Virus record (IMG/VR): IMGVR_UViG_3300030101_003566
Coordinates: 1-57,967 of that record
Strand: one strand, 5' to 3'
DNA length: 57,967 nucleotides
DNA from: a virus
Taxonomy: Duplodnaviria; Caudoviricetes
Position numbers and translations under genes: made by a program. Each line of letters opens with the position of its first letter. Position 1 is the stretch's first letter. Under the pieces are notes generated by a model. It had not been told where the DNA came from. It made no database searches and saw only the letters and a list, made by a program, of their open reading frames with translations. Positions 15,809 through 24,692 of this stretch are shown piece by piece.

Positions 15809-16765
15809 ATGTCAGATGCACAACAAGAAGTAGAATTAGACTTGGATGGTGTTCAAGAAGAAAGTATTGAAGTAAATACCAGCCAAGAACCAGTAGAGGA
15901 ATCTGTTGAAGAAGCCGTTGGTGAGGTTGATCTTGGTTATAAAGATCCCATGGAAAAACAAGAAGAACCAACCGAAGACGCTCAGAATAAAGGTTCTGAT
16001 GACAAAAGTAAGGATAATCTTCAAGACGTTTCTGAAAAAACACAAAAGCGTATTGATAAGCTCACTCGTAAAATGCGAGAGGCAGAGCGTCGTGAAAAAG
16101 CTGCACTTGACTATGCTAAAGGTTTGCAAGAGAAGTACGACAACCAAAAAACAATTTCATTATCCTCAGATGAGAATTACTTAAAAGAATTTGATGCACG
16201 AGTCGATGCACAAAGGGAACAAGTAAAGATTAAATTACAAGATGCGATTGAAGAAAATGACTCTGCGAAAATTGTAGAGGCCAATGATGAACTTACTAGA
16301 CTTGCAGTTGAAAAAGAAAAAGCAAGAATGAGATTAAGTGAGTACGAAACAGATAAAAAAACAGAGCAATCACAAGAAAACACTAGCCAGACACCACCAG
16401 CTGAAAAAACTCAAGAACCAAGTGCAAAAGCCATCGAGTGGGCTAATAAAAATACTTGGTTTGGTAATGATGAAGTTATGACAAACGCAGCTTTTAGTAT
16501 TCATGGCGAATTAGTAAAGGAGGGGTTTGACGCAGAGTCAGATGACTATTACAATGAAGTAGATAACAGACTTAAGGAATATTTTCCACATAAGTTTGCA
16601 AATGCTCAACCAGAGGTTGAGGAAAAGAAACCCGTTCAAACTGTTGCCTCAGCGGGGCGTAAACAGCAAGGACGCACAACCGTGAAACTCACCCGTTCAC
16701 AAGTAGCAATAGCTAAAAAATTAGGGGTGCCACTAGAAGAATACGCTAAATTCGTGAAGGAGTAA
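15809..16765 (+). CDS. Capsid scaffolding protein
   Basis: Acidic N-terminus, coiled coil, WANKNTWFG, C-terminal IAKKLGVPLEEYAK; upstream of the capsid gene. Confidence 0.75.
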   Translation: MSDAQQEVELDLDGVQEESIEVNTSQEPVEESVEEAVGEVDLGYKDPMEKQEEPTEDAQNKGSDDKSKDNLQDVSEKTQKRIDKLTRKMREAERREKAALDYAKGLQEKYDNQKTISLSSDENYLKEFDARVDAQREQVKIKLQDAIEENDSAKIVEANDELTRLAVEKEKARMRLSEYETDKKTEQSQENTSQTPPAEKTQEPSAKAIEWANKNTWFGNDEVMTNAAFSIHGELVKEGFDAESDDYYNEVDNRLKEYFPHKFANAQPEVEEKKPVQTVASAGRKQQGRTTVKLTRSQVAIAKKLGVPLEEYAKFVKE

Positions 16766-16769
16766 CGAT

Positions 16770-17243
16770 ATGACTGATGACAGTAAAAAAAGAACCTCAC
16801 GCAGCTCAAAGAAGAGTGTAGAAACTCGTAATAAACCTTGGGCTCCACCATCAAGTTTAGATGCACCCAAAGCACCGAAAGGGTTTTGCCATCGTTGGAT
16901 TAGGGTTGAAAGCGTTGGTTTTATGGATACAGGTAATGTATCTAAAAAACTACGAGAAGGTTGGGAATTTGTTCGTGCTGAAGAAATTACGAATGAAATT
17001 GGCAATCATGAATATCCTACTATCCATGAAGGCAAGTATGAGGGGTTAATCGGAGTTGGTGGCCTTGTGTTGGCAAGGATACCTGAAGAGATAGTTGAAC
17101 AACGCAAGAAGTATTTTCAAGATATTACTTCTGATCAAGTTAAAGCCGTTGATAATGACATTTTAAGGGAACAACGACCAGAGATGCCTGTAAATATCGA
17201 CAGACAATCTCGTGTAACTTTTGGTGGTAACAGAAAGTCTTAA
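16770..17243 (+). CDS. Conserved head-module protein
   Basis: WAPPSSLDAP...HRWIR...KLREGWEFV. Confidence 0.75.
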   Translation: MTDDSKKRTSRSSKKSVETRNKPWAPPSSLDAPKAPKGFCHRWIRVESVGFMDTGNVSKKLREGWEFVRAEEITNEIGNHEYPTIHEGKYEGLIGVGGLVLARIPEEIVEQRKKYFQDITSDQVKAVDNDILREQRPEMPVNIDRQSRVTFGGNRKS

Positions 17244-17295
17244 TTTTTTAGCTTATGTGACCACATTTGTTTAATTTGATTATGGAGTTATTATT

Positions 17296-17877
17296 ATGGC
17301 AAACAGAGATGCTGCATTTGGTATGCGTCTGTATGGTAATCTTAGTGGTCCTGCCACTAACTTACAAAACCGTTATAGAATAGCTGCTAACTACGGAACT
17401 GCAATCTTCAAAGGTGACATGGTAGCTCAAGTCACAGGTGGAGGTGTAGAAGTACATGCCGATGGCGGTACGGTTCCAATCGTTGGTGTATTCAACGGTT
17501 GTCGTTTTACAGACCCAACCACTGGAAAAGAAACCTTTTCCAATTTTTATCCAGCGAGTACAAACGCTTCAGATATTGAAGCTTTCGTAATTGATAATCC
17601 TATGGCTACATTTGAAATTCAAGCAGACGCTGCTTTCCCAGTTGCTGATTTATTCGGTAACTTTGATATTGTGTATACTTCTTCTGGAAGTACCACAACA
17701 GGCTTGTCTGGTGCAGAATTAGATGTAACCACTGGTGCAACAACGGCAGGTTTGCCGTTGAAAGCGATTGATATATCAAGAGACCCAAACAACTCAGATG
17801 TATCAACCGAACATACGAATGTAATCGTTACAATTCAAAACCACATATTCGGCCAGAAAGGTGCGGGTTTAGCTTAA
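17296..17877 (+). CDS. Putative capsid decoration / minor head protein
   Basis: MANRDAAFG start; Gly/Thr-rich beta protein directly before the major capsid gene. Confidence 0.65.
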   Translation: MANRDAAFGMRLYGNLSGPATNLQNRYRIAANYGTAIFKGDMVAQVTGGGVEVHADGGTVPIVGVFNGCRFTDPTTGKETFSNFYPASTNASDIEAFVIDNPMATFEIQADAAFPVADLFGNFDIVYTSSGSTTTGLSGAELDVTTGATTAGLPLKAIDISRDPNNSDVSTEHTNVIVTIQNHIFGQKGAGLA

Positions 17878-17895
17878 TCATAGGAGGATAATTTT

Positions 17896-18807
17896 ATGGC
17901 TATTTCAAGAGCACAATTAGTCAAAGAGTTAGAGCCTGGATTAAACGCTCTCTTTGGACTAGAGTATAACCGTTATGAAAACGAACACGCAGAAATTTTT
18001 GATTCAGAAACCTCAGATAGAGCTTTTGAAGAAGAAGTAATGCTTACCGGTTTCAAAGCGGCTCCTGTAAAAAGTGAAGGTGCAGGCGTAGCATTTGACG
18101 ATGCACAAGAATCTTACACAGCGAGATATACACACGAAACTATCGCAATGGCTTTTGCAATCACAGAGGAAGCTATTGAAGATAATTTATACGACAGACT
18201 AGCAGGTCGTTACACAAGAGCATTAGCAAGAAGTATGGCTAACACCAAGCAAGTAAAAGGTGCAAACGTACTTAACAATGCTTTTGATAGTAGCTTCACT
18301 GGCGGTGATGGGAAAGAGCTTTGTGCTACAGACCATCCACTAACCAGCGGTGGTACTTTCCGTAACGAGCTTTCTACAGCTGCCGACCTATCAGAAACAT
18401 CCTTAGAACAATCATTGATTGATATTTCTGCGTTTGTTGACGAAAGGGGATTAAAAATTGCTTTACAAGGGGTGAAAATGATTATTCCTAAAGAACTTCA
18501 GTTCACAGCGGAAAGAATCCTAAGATCTCCACAGCGTACAGGTACAGCAGATAATGATATTAATGCTTTAAATAACATGGGCATGGTGCCACAAGGTTAT
18601 AGAATTAATCATTATCTAACAGATACTGACGCTTTCTTCATTATGACTGATGCTCCAAACGGACTTAAACAGTTTGTTAGAGCACCAATTAAAACTGCTA
18701 TTGAAGGTGACTTTGATACAGGTAATGTTAGATTTAAAGCGAGAGAAAGATATTCATTTGGGTTCTCGGATCCAAGAGGAGTATTTGGCTCACCAGGTGC
18801 TGCGTAA
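17896..18807 (+). CDS. Major capsid protein
   Basis: MAISRAQLVKELEPGLNALFG...RERYSFGFSDPRG; strong SD and downstream terminator. Confidence 0.92.
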   Translation: MAISRAQLVKELEPGLNALFGLEYNRYENEHAEIFDSETSDRAFEEEVMLTGFKAAPVKSEGAGVAFDDAQESYTARYTHETIAMAFAITEEAIEDNLYDRLAGRYTRALARSMANTKQVKGANVLNNAFDSSFTGGDGKELCATDHPLTSGGTFRNELSTAADLSETSLEQSLIDISAFVDERGLKIALQGVKMIIPKELQFTAERILRSPQRTGTADNDINALNNMGMVPQGYRINHYLTDTDAFFIMTDAPNGLKQFVRAPIKTAIEGDFDTGNVRFKARERYSFGFSDPRGVFGSPGAA

Positions 18808-18829
18808 GCAGTAATTTGGAGGAAGGATT

Positions 18830-18857
18830 AAGGGGACTTTCGAGTCCCCTTTTTTTT
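18830..18857 (+). terminator. Rho-independent terminator after the capsid gene
   Basis: AAGGGGACT-TTCG-AGTCCCCTT followed by a T-run. Confidence 0.92.
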
Positions 18858-18860
18858 GGG

Positions 18861-18947
18861 TATAATAAACTGACTATACGAAAACTTGAATACAGACGTG
18901 TATAGACGACGACCTAAAGACTGTATTCTTATACTTAGGAGATAATT
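18861..18947 (+). promoter_or_regulatory. -10 box and structured (pseudoknot-like) 5' leader
   Basis: TATAAT at 18861; crossing helices 18874-80/18899-905 and 18888-95/18921-28. Confidence 0.4.
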
Positions 18948-19457
18948 ATGTCAAATTCAACATTTTCAGGACCACTAAGGTCGGAAAGCACAATTAAAAC
19001 TATCAGTAAAAACGCAACAACTGGAACTATAACAGAGGTAACAACTCTTGGTGGTGCACCAGTTAGTTTATCTGATGGAAATGTAACTTTAACAAATGCA
19101 ACTCACAGTGGTAGAGTATTACTTGTACCTGATGGAGGACAAGATAATACATATACACTACCTGCACCAATAGCAGGATCTATGTTCAGATTTGTTTACG
19201 CTGGTGGAGCCGCTGATGCAACAGATGCTTTAATTGTTACACCAGGTAATACAAACTTTTACATTGGTGGAGTAACATTTTTAGACACTGATGGAAATGA
19301 AGTAAGTTCAGTATTTTCAGACGGCAACTCAAATAGCAGTATTCAACTAAATGTTCCTGCTGGTTTTGACGTTACCGTAATGGGTATAGATACAACTAAT
19401 TACCAAATTTTTGGAAATGTTACATCAACAACTGCACCAGCATTTGCTGATCAGTAA
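18948..19457 (+). CDS. Virion structural protein (putative head fibre/decoration)
   Basis: MSNSTFSGPLRS start; YTLPAP beta-rich. Confidence 0.7.
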   Translation: MSNSTFSGPLRSESTIKTISKNATTGTITEVTTLGGAPVSLSDGNVTLTNATHSGRVLLVPDGGQDNTYTLPAPIAGSMFRFVYAGGAADATDALIVTPGNTNFYIGGVTFLDTDGNEVSSVFSDGNSNSSIQLNVPAGFDVTVMGIDTTNYQIFGNVTSTTAPAFADQ

Positions 19458-19468
19458 GAGTAATTACT

Positions 19469-19493
19469 AAAGTGTCTCTTCGGAGGCACTTTT
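19469..19493 (+). terminator. Rho-independent terminator
   Basis: AAAGTGTCTC-TTCG-GAGGCACTTT(T). Confidence 0.7.
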
Positions 19494-19495
19494 AA

Positions 19496-19511
19496 TGTTC
19501 CACGTGGAACA
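19496..19511. promoter_or_regulatory. parS-like centromere site
   Basis: Intergenic TGTTCCACGTGGAACA within a 20-bp perfect palindrome (19494-19513). Confidence 0.75.
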
Positions 19512-19537
19512 TTGTTTCTTAATTAAGGAGGGAAACT

Positions 19538-19960
19538 ATGGCAGATACAGTAACAGGACCTACAATCCTACAAGAAAATGACAAAAGAGTTACCATTAAA
19601 ATCGTCAATCAATCAGATGGCTCAGGCGGAACTACAGTATTTGCTGATGTTTCTGCCTTGGCAGACAATTCAAATGGGCAATCTGTAAGTACAGTTAGTC
19701 CGCAAAGAATATGGTGGTCATGTGCTAATGGTGATGGTGGCGATTCTTTTGCTAGATTAGATTTTGAAGACTCAGATGGCGATATACCGATTGTAACACT
19801 GGTAGATTCAGGTTATTGGGATTTTAGAGAATTTGGCGGAATACCAGCCAATACTTCATCTAACTCAAACCAAAACGACGTAAATTTTGTCGTACCAAGC
19901 ACAGCTGACAGTGGTAATACTTACACTGTGGTTGTAGAGTTTATTAAAAACTACGATTAA
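19538..19960 (+). CDS. Conserved virion-associated hypothetical protein
   Basis: MADTVTGPTI...YWDFREFGGI. Confidence 0.75.
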   Translation: MADTVTGPTILQENDKRVTIKIVNQSDGSGGTTVFADVSALADNSNGQSVSTVSPQRIWWSCANGDGGDSFARLDFEDSDGDIPIVTLVDSGYWDFREFGGIPANTSSNSNQNDVNFVVPSTADSGNTYTVVVEFIKNYD

Positions 19961-19962
19961 TT

Positions 19963-20286
19963 ATGGATATTACGGTAGAACAATATACAAATGATTTAAT
20001 AGGTTTGAAAAACGGGGGTATGCCTACTCGTAATAAAAAGAATTTTCGACCTACAAAATCAGGTGCTGGTATGACGAAAGCTGGTGTTAAAGCCTATCGT
20101 CGTATGAATCCAGGCAGTAAATTGAAAACTGCTGTCACTGGTAAAGTAAAAGCTGGTAGTAAAGATGCAAAACGTAGAAAGTCTTTTTGTGCAAGATCAG
20201 CTGGACAAGCTAAAATGCATAATATCAACTGCCGTAAAACTCCAAACAAACGCTTATGTCAAGCGAGGAAGAGATGGAAATGTTAA
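19963..20286 (+). CDS. Small basic protein (RRKSFCAR family)
   Basis: GMTKAGVKAYRRMNPGSKLK...RRKSFCARS...RKRWKC. Confidence 0.75.
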   Translation: MDITVEQYTNDLIGLKNGGMPTRNKKNFRPTKSGAGMTKAGVKAYRRMNPGSKLKTAVTGKVKAGSKDAKRRKSFCARSAGQAKMHNINCRKTPNKRLCQARKRWKC

Positions 20287-20408
20287 CAAACCTTTATAAA
20301 AATGTAGATAAGCTGTGGACTAAATATAAGAAGAGCTGGACTGCTCAAAGTTGTTTGATTAGGGACGGCATAATATTAATTTTGATTCTTTTAATTATAT
20401 TTGTATGA
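20274..20408 (+). CDS. Small C-terminal TM protein, possible holin/antiholin (44 aa, not in ORF track)
   Basis: MEMLTNLY...GIILILILLIIFV; ATGA overlap with the endolysin. Confidence 0.5.
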   Translation: MEMLTNLYKNVDKLWTKYKKSWTAQSCLIRDGIILILILLIIFV

Positions 20409-20872
20409 AACTAACTGACAATTTTTCTCTTTGTGAATTAACAAAATCTCAGACAGCAGAAAGACTTGGCATAGACAATTATCCAGATCAAGAGCAAATT
20501 GAAAACCTTAAAAATCTTTGTGAAAATATTTTACAACCAATAAGAAATTACTTTAAACAGCCTGTTATTATAACATCAGGTTATAGATCTCCAGAGCTAA
20601 GTAATAAAATTGGTTCATCGTCAAGGTCGCAACATTGTAAAGGCCAAGCGGCTGATTTAGAAATTGCAGGTATCTCAAACAAAGACTTAGCTGATTGGAT
20701 TAGCAAAAATGTTAATTATGACCAAGTTATTCTTGAGTTTCACGATCCATTGGAACCGCAGTCAGGGTGGGTGCACGTATCATTTGTAAACGAATATTCT
20801 AATAGGGAAAAATACTTAGTAGCTGAAAAAGATGAAAATGGCAAAGTGAGGTATTACAATGCCGATAGGTAG
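20405..20872 (+). CDS. Peptidase M15A-family endolysin
   Basis: ITSGYRSPELS...SQHCKGQAAD...GWVHVS Zn ligands. Confidence 0.9.
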   Translation: MKLTDNFSLCELTKSQTAERLGIDNYPDQEQIENLKNLCENILQPIRNYFKQPVIITSGYRSPELSNKIGSSSRSQHCKGQAADLEIAGISNKDLADWISKNVNYDQVILEFHDPLEPQSGWVHVSFVNEYSNREKYLVAEKDENGKVRYYNADR

Positions 20873-21020
20873 AGCTCAAATATCCAAACAAATATCAAAA
20901 GCACCACAAAAGAAAAAGTGGTCTAAAAAAAGAAAAGCTAAAATTAATTGTAAAAAACCAAAAGGATTTAGTGAGAAAGCTCACTGTGCAGCTCGTAAAA
21001 AAAGAGCTAGGTCTAGATAG
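20859..21020 (+). CDS. Small basic protein with a capsid-like N-terminus (53 aa, not in ORF track)
   Basis: MPIGRAQISKQISK...KINCKKPKGFSEKAHCAARKKR; GAGG SD. Confidence 0.7.
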   Translation: MPIGRAQISKQISKAPQKKKWSKKRKAKINCKKPKGFSEKAHCAARKKRARSR

Positions 21021-21064
21021 TGGTGCCTAAAACTGCTAATATTTTAAAATGACAGGAGGTTATT

Positions 21065-21358
21065 ATGGCTCAAAAAAAGAAAGGTCAAAAGCTATGCCCA
21101 AGGGGTAAAGCCGCTGCAAAACGTAAATTTGATGTTTACCCAAGTGCTTACGCTAACGCTTATGCTAGTAAAGTATGTGCTGGAAAGGTTAAAGACCCAA
21201 GCGGTGTAAAAAGAAAAGATTTTAAAGGTCCAAAACCAGTAAAGGATGGCGGTTTTATGGAAGTTGGAGATACACTAGGATCTCCTATCGACATGGATAT
21301 TGATGGCATGACTATGAGCAATCCATCTGCAAAAGCTTACTATAAAGATTTAATGTAA
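21065..21358 (+). CDS. Small basic protein
   Basis: KLCPRGKAAAKRKFDVYPSAYANAYASKVC. Confidence 0.8.
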   Translation: MAQKKKGQKLCPRGKAAAKRKFDVYPSAYANAYASKVCAGKVKDPSGVKRKDFKGPKPVKDGGFMEVGDTLGSPIDMDIDGMTMSNPSAKAYYKDLM

Positions 21359-21630
21359 TGAGTTTAAAAAAATGGTTTCAAGAGGATTGGGTAGATATAG
21401 GTTCTCCTAAAAAAGGGGGCGGATATAAGAAGTGTGGGCGTAAAAGTGCAAAAGGCTCAAAACGTAAATACCCCAAGTGTGTTCCAGCTGCCAAAGCAGC
21501 ACGTATGAGCAAAAGTCAGAAGGCTAGTGCTGTTCGTAGAAAGAGAGCGAAAGCTCAAGGGGTTGGCGGAAAACCAACGAATGTAAGAACCATAGATAAA
21601 AAATATTATGGTGGTTTAATACAAATTTAG
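21358..21630 (+). CDS. Small basic protein
   Basis: LKKWFQEDWVDI...CGR...YPKCVP. Confidence 0.8.
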   Translation: MSLKKWFQEDWVDIGSPKKGGGYKKCGRKSAKGSKRKYPKCVPAAKAARMSKSQKASAVRRKRAKAQGVGGKPTNVRTIDKKYYGGLIQI

Positions 21631-21639
21631 GAGATTATT

Positions 21640-22410
21640 ATGGCACGAAATATTAAAAAAACATACAAGAGTGATGCTGGGTTTAATTTTGATACCTTTC
21701 AATCTAAAGGTGGCAATATTGGCAACATAGATATGTCAGATTTTAGAAGTAAAAGCAATATTATAGGTAAAACTAATATTGGTAAAAAAATGTCACCTTC
21801 TTCTTCACGTTTTAAATCAAAAATAAAAAATCAAAAAGAAGATGGTTTGTTATCTAAATTATACAAAGCTTTATCTACCAAAAGCACATCTTATGACCCA
21901 ACTAAGGCTGGTCTGGGTGGTGCAAAATTTGCTCAAAGAAATGAAGGTGGTGTTGTAGATAAATTTACAGAAACTGATTTGAAAGAAGCGATGAAAAATT
22001 TCGATGCACAAATGAAAGCAGAAATAAAAGGTGTGGGTTCAAAAAAAGTTATTGATAAAGCTTATTCCCTTGCAAAACAACGAGAAGAAGGTGGTAGATT
22101 TTCTGTAAGTGATATTGAAGCTGCAATGCGATCATTGAGCAAAAAGAAAAAACCAGATTTTACACAAAAAAATAAAGGTGGCCTTCAAGAAGATTTGAAA
22201 AAATTAAAAGCAAGAGGTTTGAAAGACGGGTCTAAAAATGTTGTAAAAAATAAAAAGAAAAAGAAAAAGTTCCCTGATCTAAACAAAGACGGCAAAGTAA
22301 CTTTCAAAGACATCTTAATTGGTCGTGGTGTGGTGAAAGCTAATAAAGGCACCATGGTACAAGCAAAAGGTTGTGGTATGGCTAGGAAGAAAAAAACTAA
22401 AATGTTTTAG
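21640..22410 (+). CDS. Lys-rich mosaic protein with an EF-hand-like loop and an ejection-protein-like motif
   Basis: REEGGRFSVSDIE; DLNKDGKVTFKD; several xxGG motifs. Confidence 0.75.
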   Translation: MARNIKKTYKSDAGFNFDTFQSKGGNIGNIDMSDFRSKSNIIGKTNIGKKMSPSSSRFKSKIKNQKEDGLLSKLYKALSTKSTSYDPTKAGLGGAKFAQRNEGGVVDKFTETDLKEAMKNFDAQMKAEIKGVGSKKVIDKAYSLAKQREEGGRFSVSDIEAAMRSLSKKKKPDFTQKNKGGLQEDLKKLKARGLKDGSKNVVKNKKKKKKFPDLNKDGKVTFKDILIGRGVVKANKGTMVQAKGCGMARKKKTKMF

Positions 22411-22419
22411 GAGATTTTT

Positions 22420-22596
22420 ATGAAAAAAGGTGACAAAAAGAAAGTAAAAAAAGTTATTAAAGGTTTAAATAAAGCTGTAGGCTTACATGCAAAACAAGCT
22501 AAAACACTTAAAAAAGTTATTGGTGCAAACAAAGGGGTTCTAGTTAGAGGTACAGGTGCACAAGTTAAAAAAACTACGTTTAAAGGTGTATTTTAG
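22420..22596 (+). CDS. Small basic protein (58 aa, not in ORF track)
   Basis: MKKGDKKKVKKVIKGLNKAVGLHAKQA...RGTGAQVKKTTFKGVF; AGGAG SD. Confidence 0.75.
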   Translation: MKKGDKKKVKKVIKGLNKAVGLHAKQAKTLKKVIGANKGVLVRGTGAQVKKTTFKGVF

Positions 22597-22604
22597 GAGA
22601 CTTA

Positions 22605-23294
22605 ATGGCGACTTCAGGTACAACAGCATTTGATTTAGATATTGACGACATCATTCAAGAAGCGTATGAGCGTTGTGCTATTAGAACAAATAGCGGTAAT
22701 GATCTAAGGTCAGCTCGTAGAAGTCTTAATATTTTGTTTTCTGAGTGGTCAAACCGTGGCATACATTTATGGAAAGTTGCATTAAATACTCAAGCACTGA
22801 CATCAGGCACAGCTACATATGACGCTCCATCATCAACTAGCGACGTGTTAGAGGCATATATAAGCACTTCAAGTGGCACAACTGCATCAACTAATGATGT
22901 ATCACTTACAAAAATATCTAGAAGTGACTACGCCAGTAAACCAAATAAAGGTGCAACAGGTCAGCCATCAGAGTATTATGTGGATCGCCAAACTACACCG
23001 ACAATAACTTTATATCAAACACCTGATGCAAGTACCTTTACACATTTAAAATTTTATTGTGTTAAAAGAATTGAAGACGCAGGGGCTTACACAAATCAAG
23101 CTGACGTTGCGTTTCGGTTTATCCCTTGCATGGTAGCAGGACTATCCTATTACCTTGCGATGAAGATAAACCCTCAGTTAGTTCAACAAAATAAAATGAT
23201 TTACGAGGATGAGTTACAAAGAGCACTAACTGAGGATGGACAAAGAACTTCGGTGTATATAACACCGCAAAGTTATTATCCATCAGGGAGTTAA
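22605..23294 (+). CDS. Putative head-tail adaptor protein
   Basis: MATSGTTAFDLDIDDIIQEAYERC...ARRSLNILFSEWSNRG...AGLSYYLAMK. Confidence 0.7.
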   Translation: MATSGTTAFDLDIDDIIQEAYERCAIRTNSGNDLRSARRSLNILFSEWSNRGIHLWKVALNTQALTSGTATYDAPSSTSDVLEAYISTSSGTTASTNDVSLTKISRSDYASKPNKGATGQPSEYYVDRQTTPTITLYQTPDASTFTHLKFYCVKRIEDAGAYTNQADVAFRFIPCMVAGLSYYLAMKINPQLVQQNKMIYEDELQRALTEDGQRTSVYITPQSYYPSGS

Positions 23295-23296
23295 AT

Positions 23297-23671
23297 ATGA
23301 GTGTATTTAATTTAGCTTCATTTGGGGTGCGTTTTGGAAAACGTGGTATTAAAAAAATACTTGAGATACATAAAAAAAGTCAACAAAACAGATATATTAA
23401 AAAAAATTTTGATAAAGGTTCTGAAACAGAAAAAGCAAGTATGACTAATAAGTTTCTCAAAAATGAAACAGATTTAAAAAAATTAACTAAAGATAAAGAA
23501 GTTAAAAAAACTATAAACGCATTAGACAAAAGAAATAAACGTGGTAAAAAAGAACCTGGGAGTTACATACAAAAAAAATTAAAAGCGGAAGAAACATCAA
23601 AGTTTAAAAAAGGTAAGTTTGTTCAAGTTAAAACTAAATTAGGTCGTAATAGACCAACTAAATTGTATTAG
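23297..23671 (+). CDS. Lys-rich hypothetical protein
   Basis: 124 aa; ends GRNRPTKLY. Confidence 0.7.
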   Translation: MSVFNLASFGVRFGKRGIKKILEIHKKSQQNRYIKKNFDKGSETEKASMTNKFLKNETDLKKLTKDKEVKKTINALDKRNKRGKKEPGSYIQKKLKAEETSKFKKGKFVQVKTKLGRNRPTKLY

Positions 23672-23679
23672 AGGAAAAC

Positions 23680-24027
23680 ATGGCAAAGGCAAGAGGAAAA
23701 TACGCAAAAGCAATATCTGACAGATCAGGTCTAGAATTTCCTTATCTTGAAATGGTTAAAGAATGGAATGGCTCTTTAGTTCATAAAAGTGAGTATGATC
23801 CAAAACATCCTCAAATTCGTAGAAGAAGTCATAAATCTGATGCAATAGCGTTACAAAACCCAAGAGTGCAAGAAAAAGAAGATGTAGATAAATTTATTAT
23901 TTACGTCAACAATGGGTTTAATAACAATAGCATGTTGCCTTCGGCTAGTGATAATATAATTGGAACACAATTAGAGTCTTTTGAAATGACATCAAGTATA
24001 GGAGAAGTAACAATTAGTATATCATGA
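23680..24027 (+). CDS. Conserved virion-module protein
   Basis: GKYAKAISDRSG...EWNG...EYDPKHPQ. Confidence 0.75.
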   Translation: MAKARGKYAKAISDRSGLEFPYLEMVKEWNGSLVHKSEYDPKHPQIRRRSHKSDAIALQNPRVQEKEDVDKFIIYVNNGFNNNSMLPSASDNIIGTQLESFEMTSSIGEVTISIS

Positions 24028-24692
24028 GTATTACACACGCTAATTTTTTGACGCAAGTTAGAAACTACACTGAGGTAGATTCTAATGTTTTATCAGATAC
24101 TTTAATAGATCAATTTATTCGTAACATTGAATTAGATATTGCTGGTAAAGTTGATTACGATGATTTACGGGCTTATAAAACATCTACGACTGTTGCCTCT
24201 CAACGATTCGTAAGTATGCCAGATGACTTAATTTATTTAAGGTCTGTGCAAATAACTAGTAGTAGTACAAGGATTTTTTTAGAGAAAAGAGATACCAGTT
24301 TTATTGCTGAATTTAATCCTGGGGATGCTACGGGCACACCTAAATACTATGCTAATTGGGATGACGCAACCATAGTTATAGCACCTGTTCCATCGACCAC
24401 CTTTACAATACAGCTTAATTATATTATTGACCCTCCCCACTTTAATAGTTCAACGACTACATTCTTATCAACCAATCAAGAATCCCTATTATTGCACGGT
24501 GTTCTTACTGAGTGTTTTTCGTATCTAAAGGGGCCAACCGATATGTACACATTATACAAACAGAAGTATAATGAAGAAATACAACAGTTTGCGACACAGC
24601 AAATGGGAAGTAGAAAACGTGGACAATATGAAGATGGAGTGCCTAGAATACCTGTTCCATCAGTTTCACCAAATGTAAAAGGAGTAGGATAA
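24024..24692 (+). CDS. Putative adaptor / tail tubular protein A-like
   Basis: GTPKYYANWD...APVP...LLLHGVLTE; position in the tail module. Confidence 0.65.
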   Translation: MSITHANFLTQVRNYTEVDSNVLSDTLIDQFIRNIELDIAGKVDYDDLRAYKTSTTVASQRFVSMPDDLIYLRSVQITSSSTRIFLEKRDTSFIAEFNPGDATGTPKYYANWDDATIVIAPVPSTTFTIQLNYIIDPPHFNSSTTTFLSTNQESLLLHGVLTECFSYLKGPTDMYTLYKQKYNEEIQQFATQQMGSRKRGQYEDGVPRIPVPSVSPNVKGVG

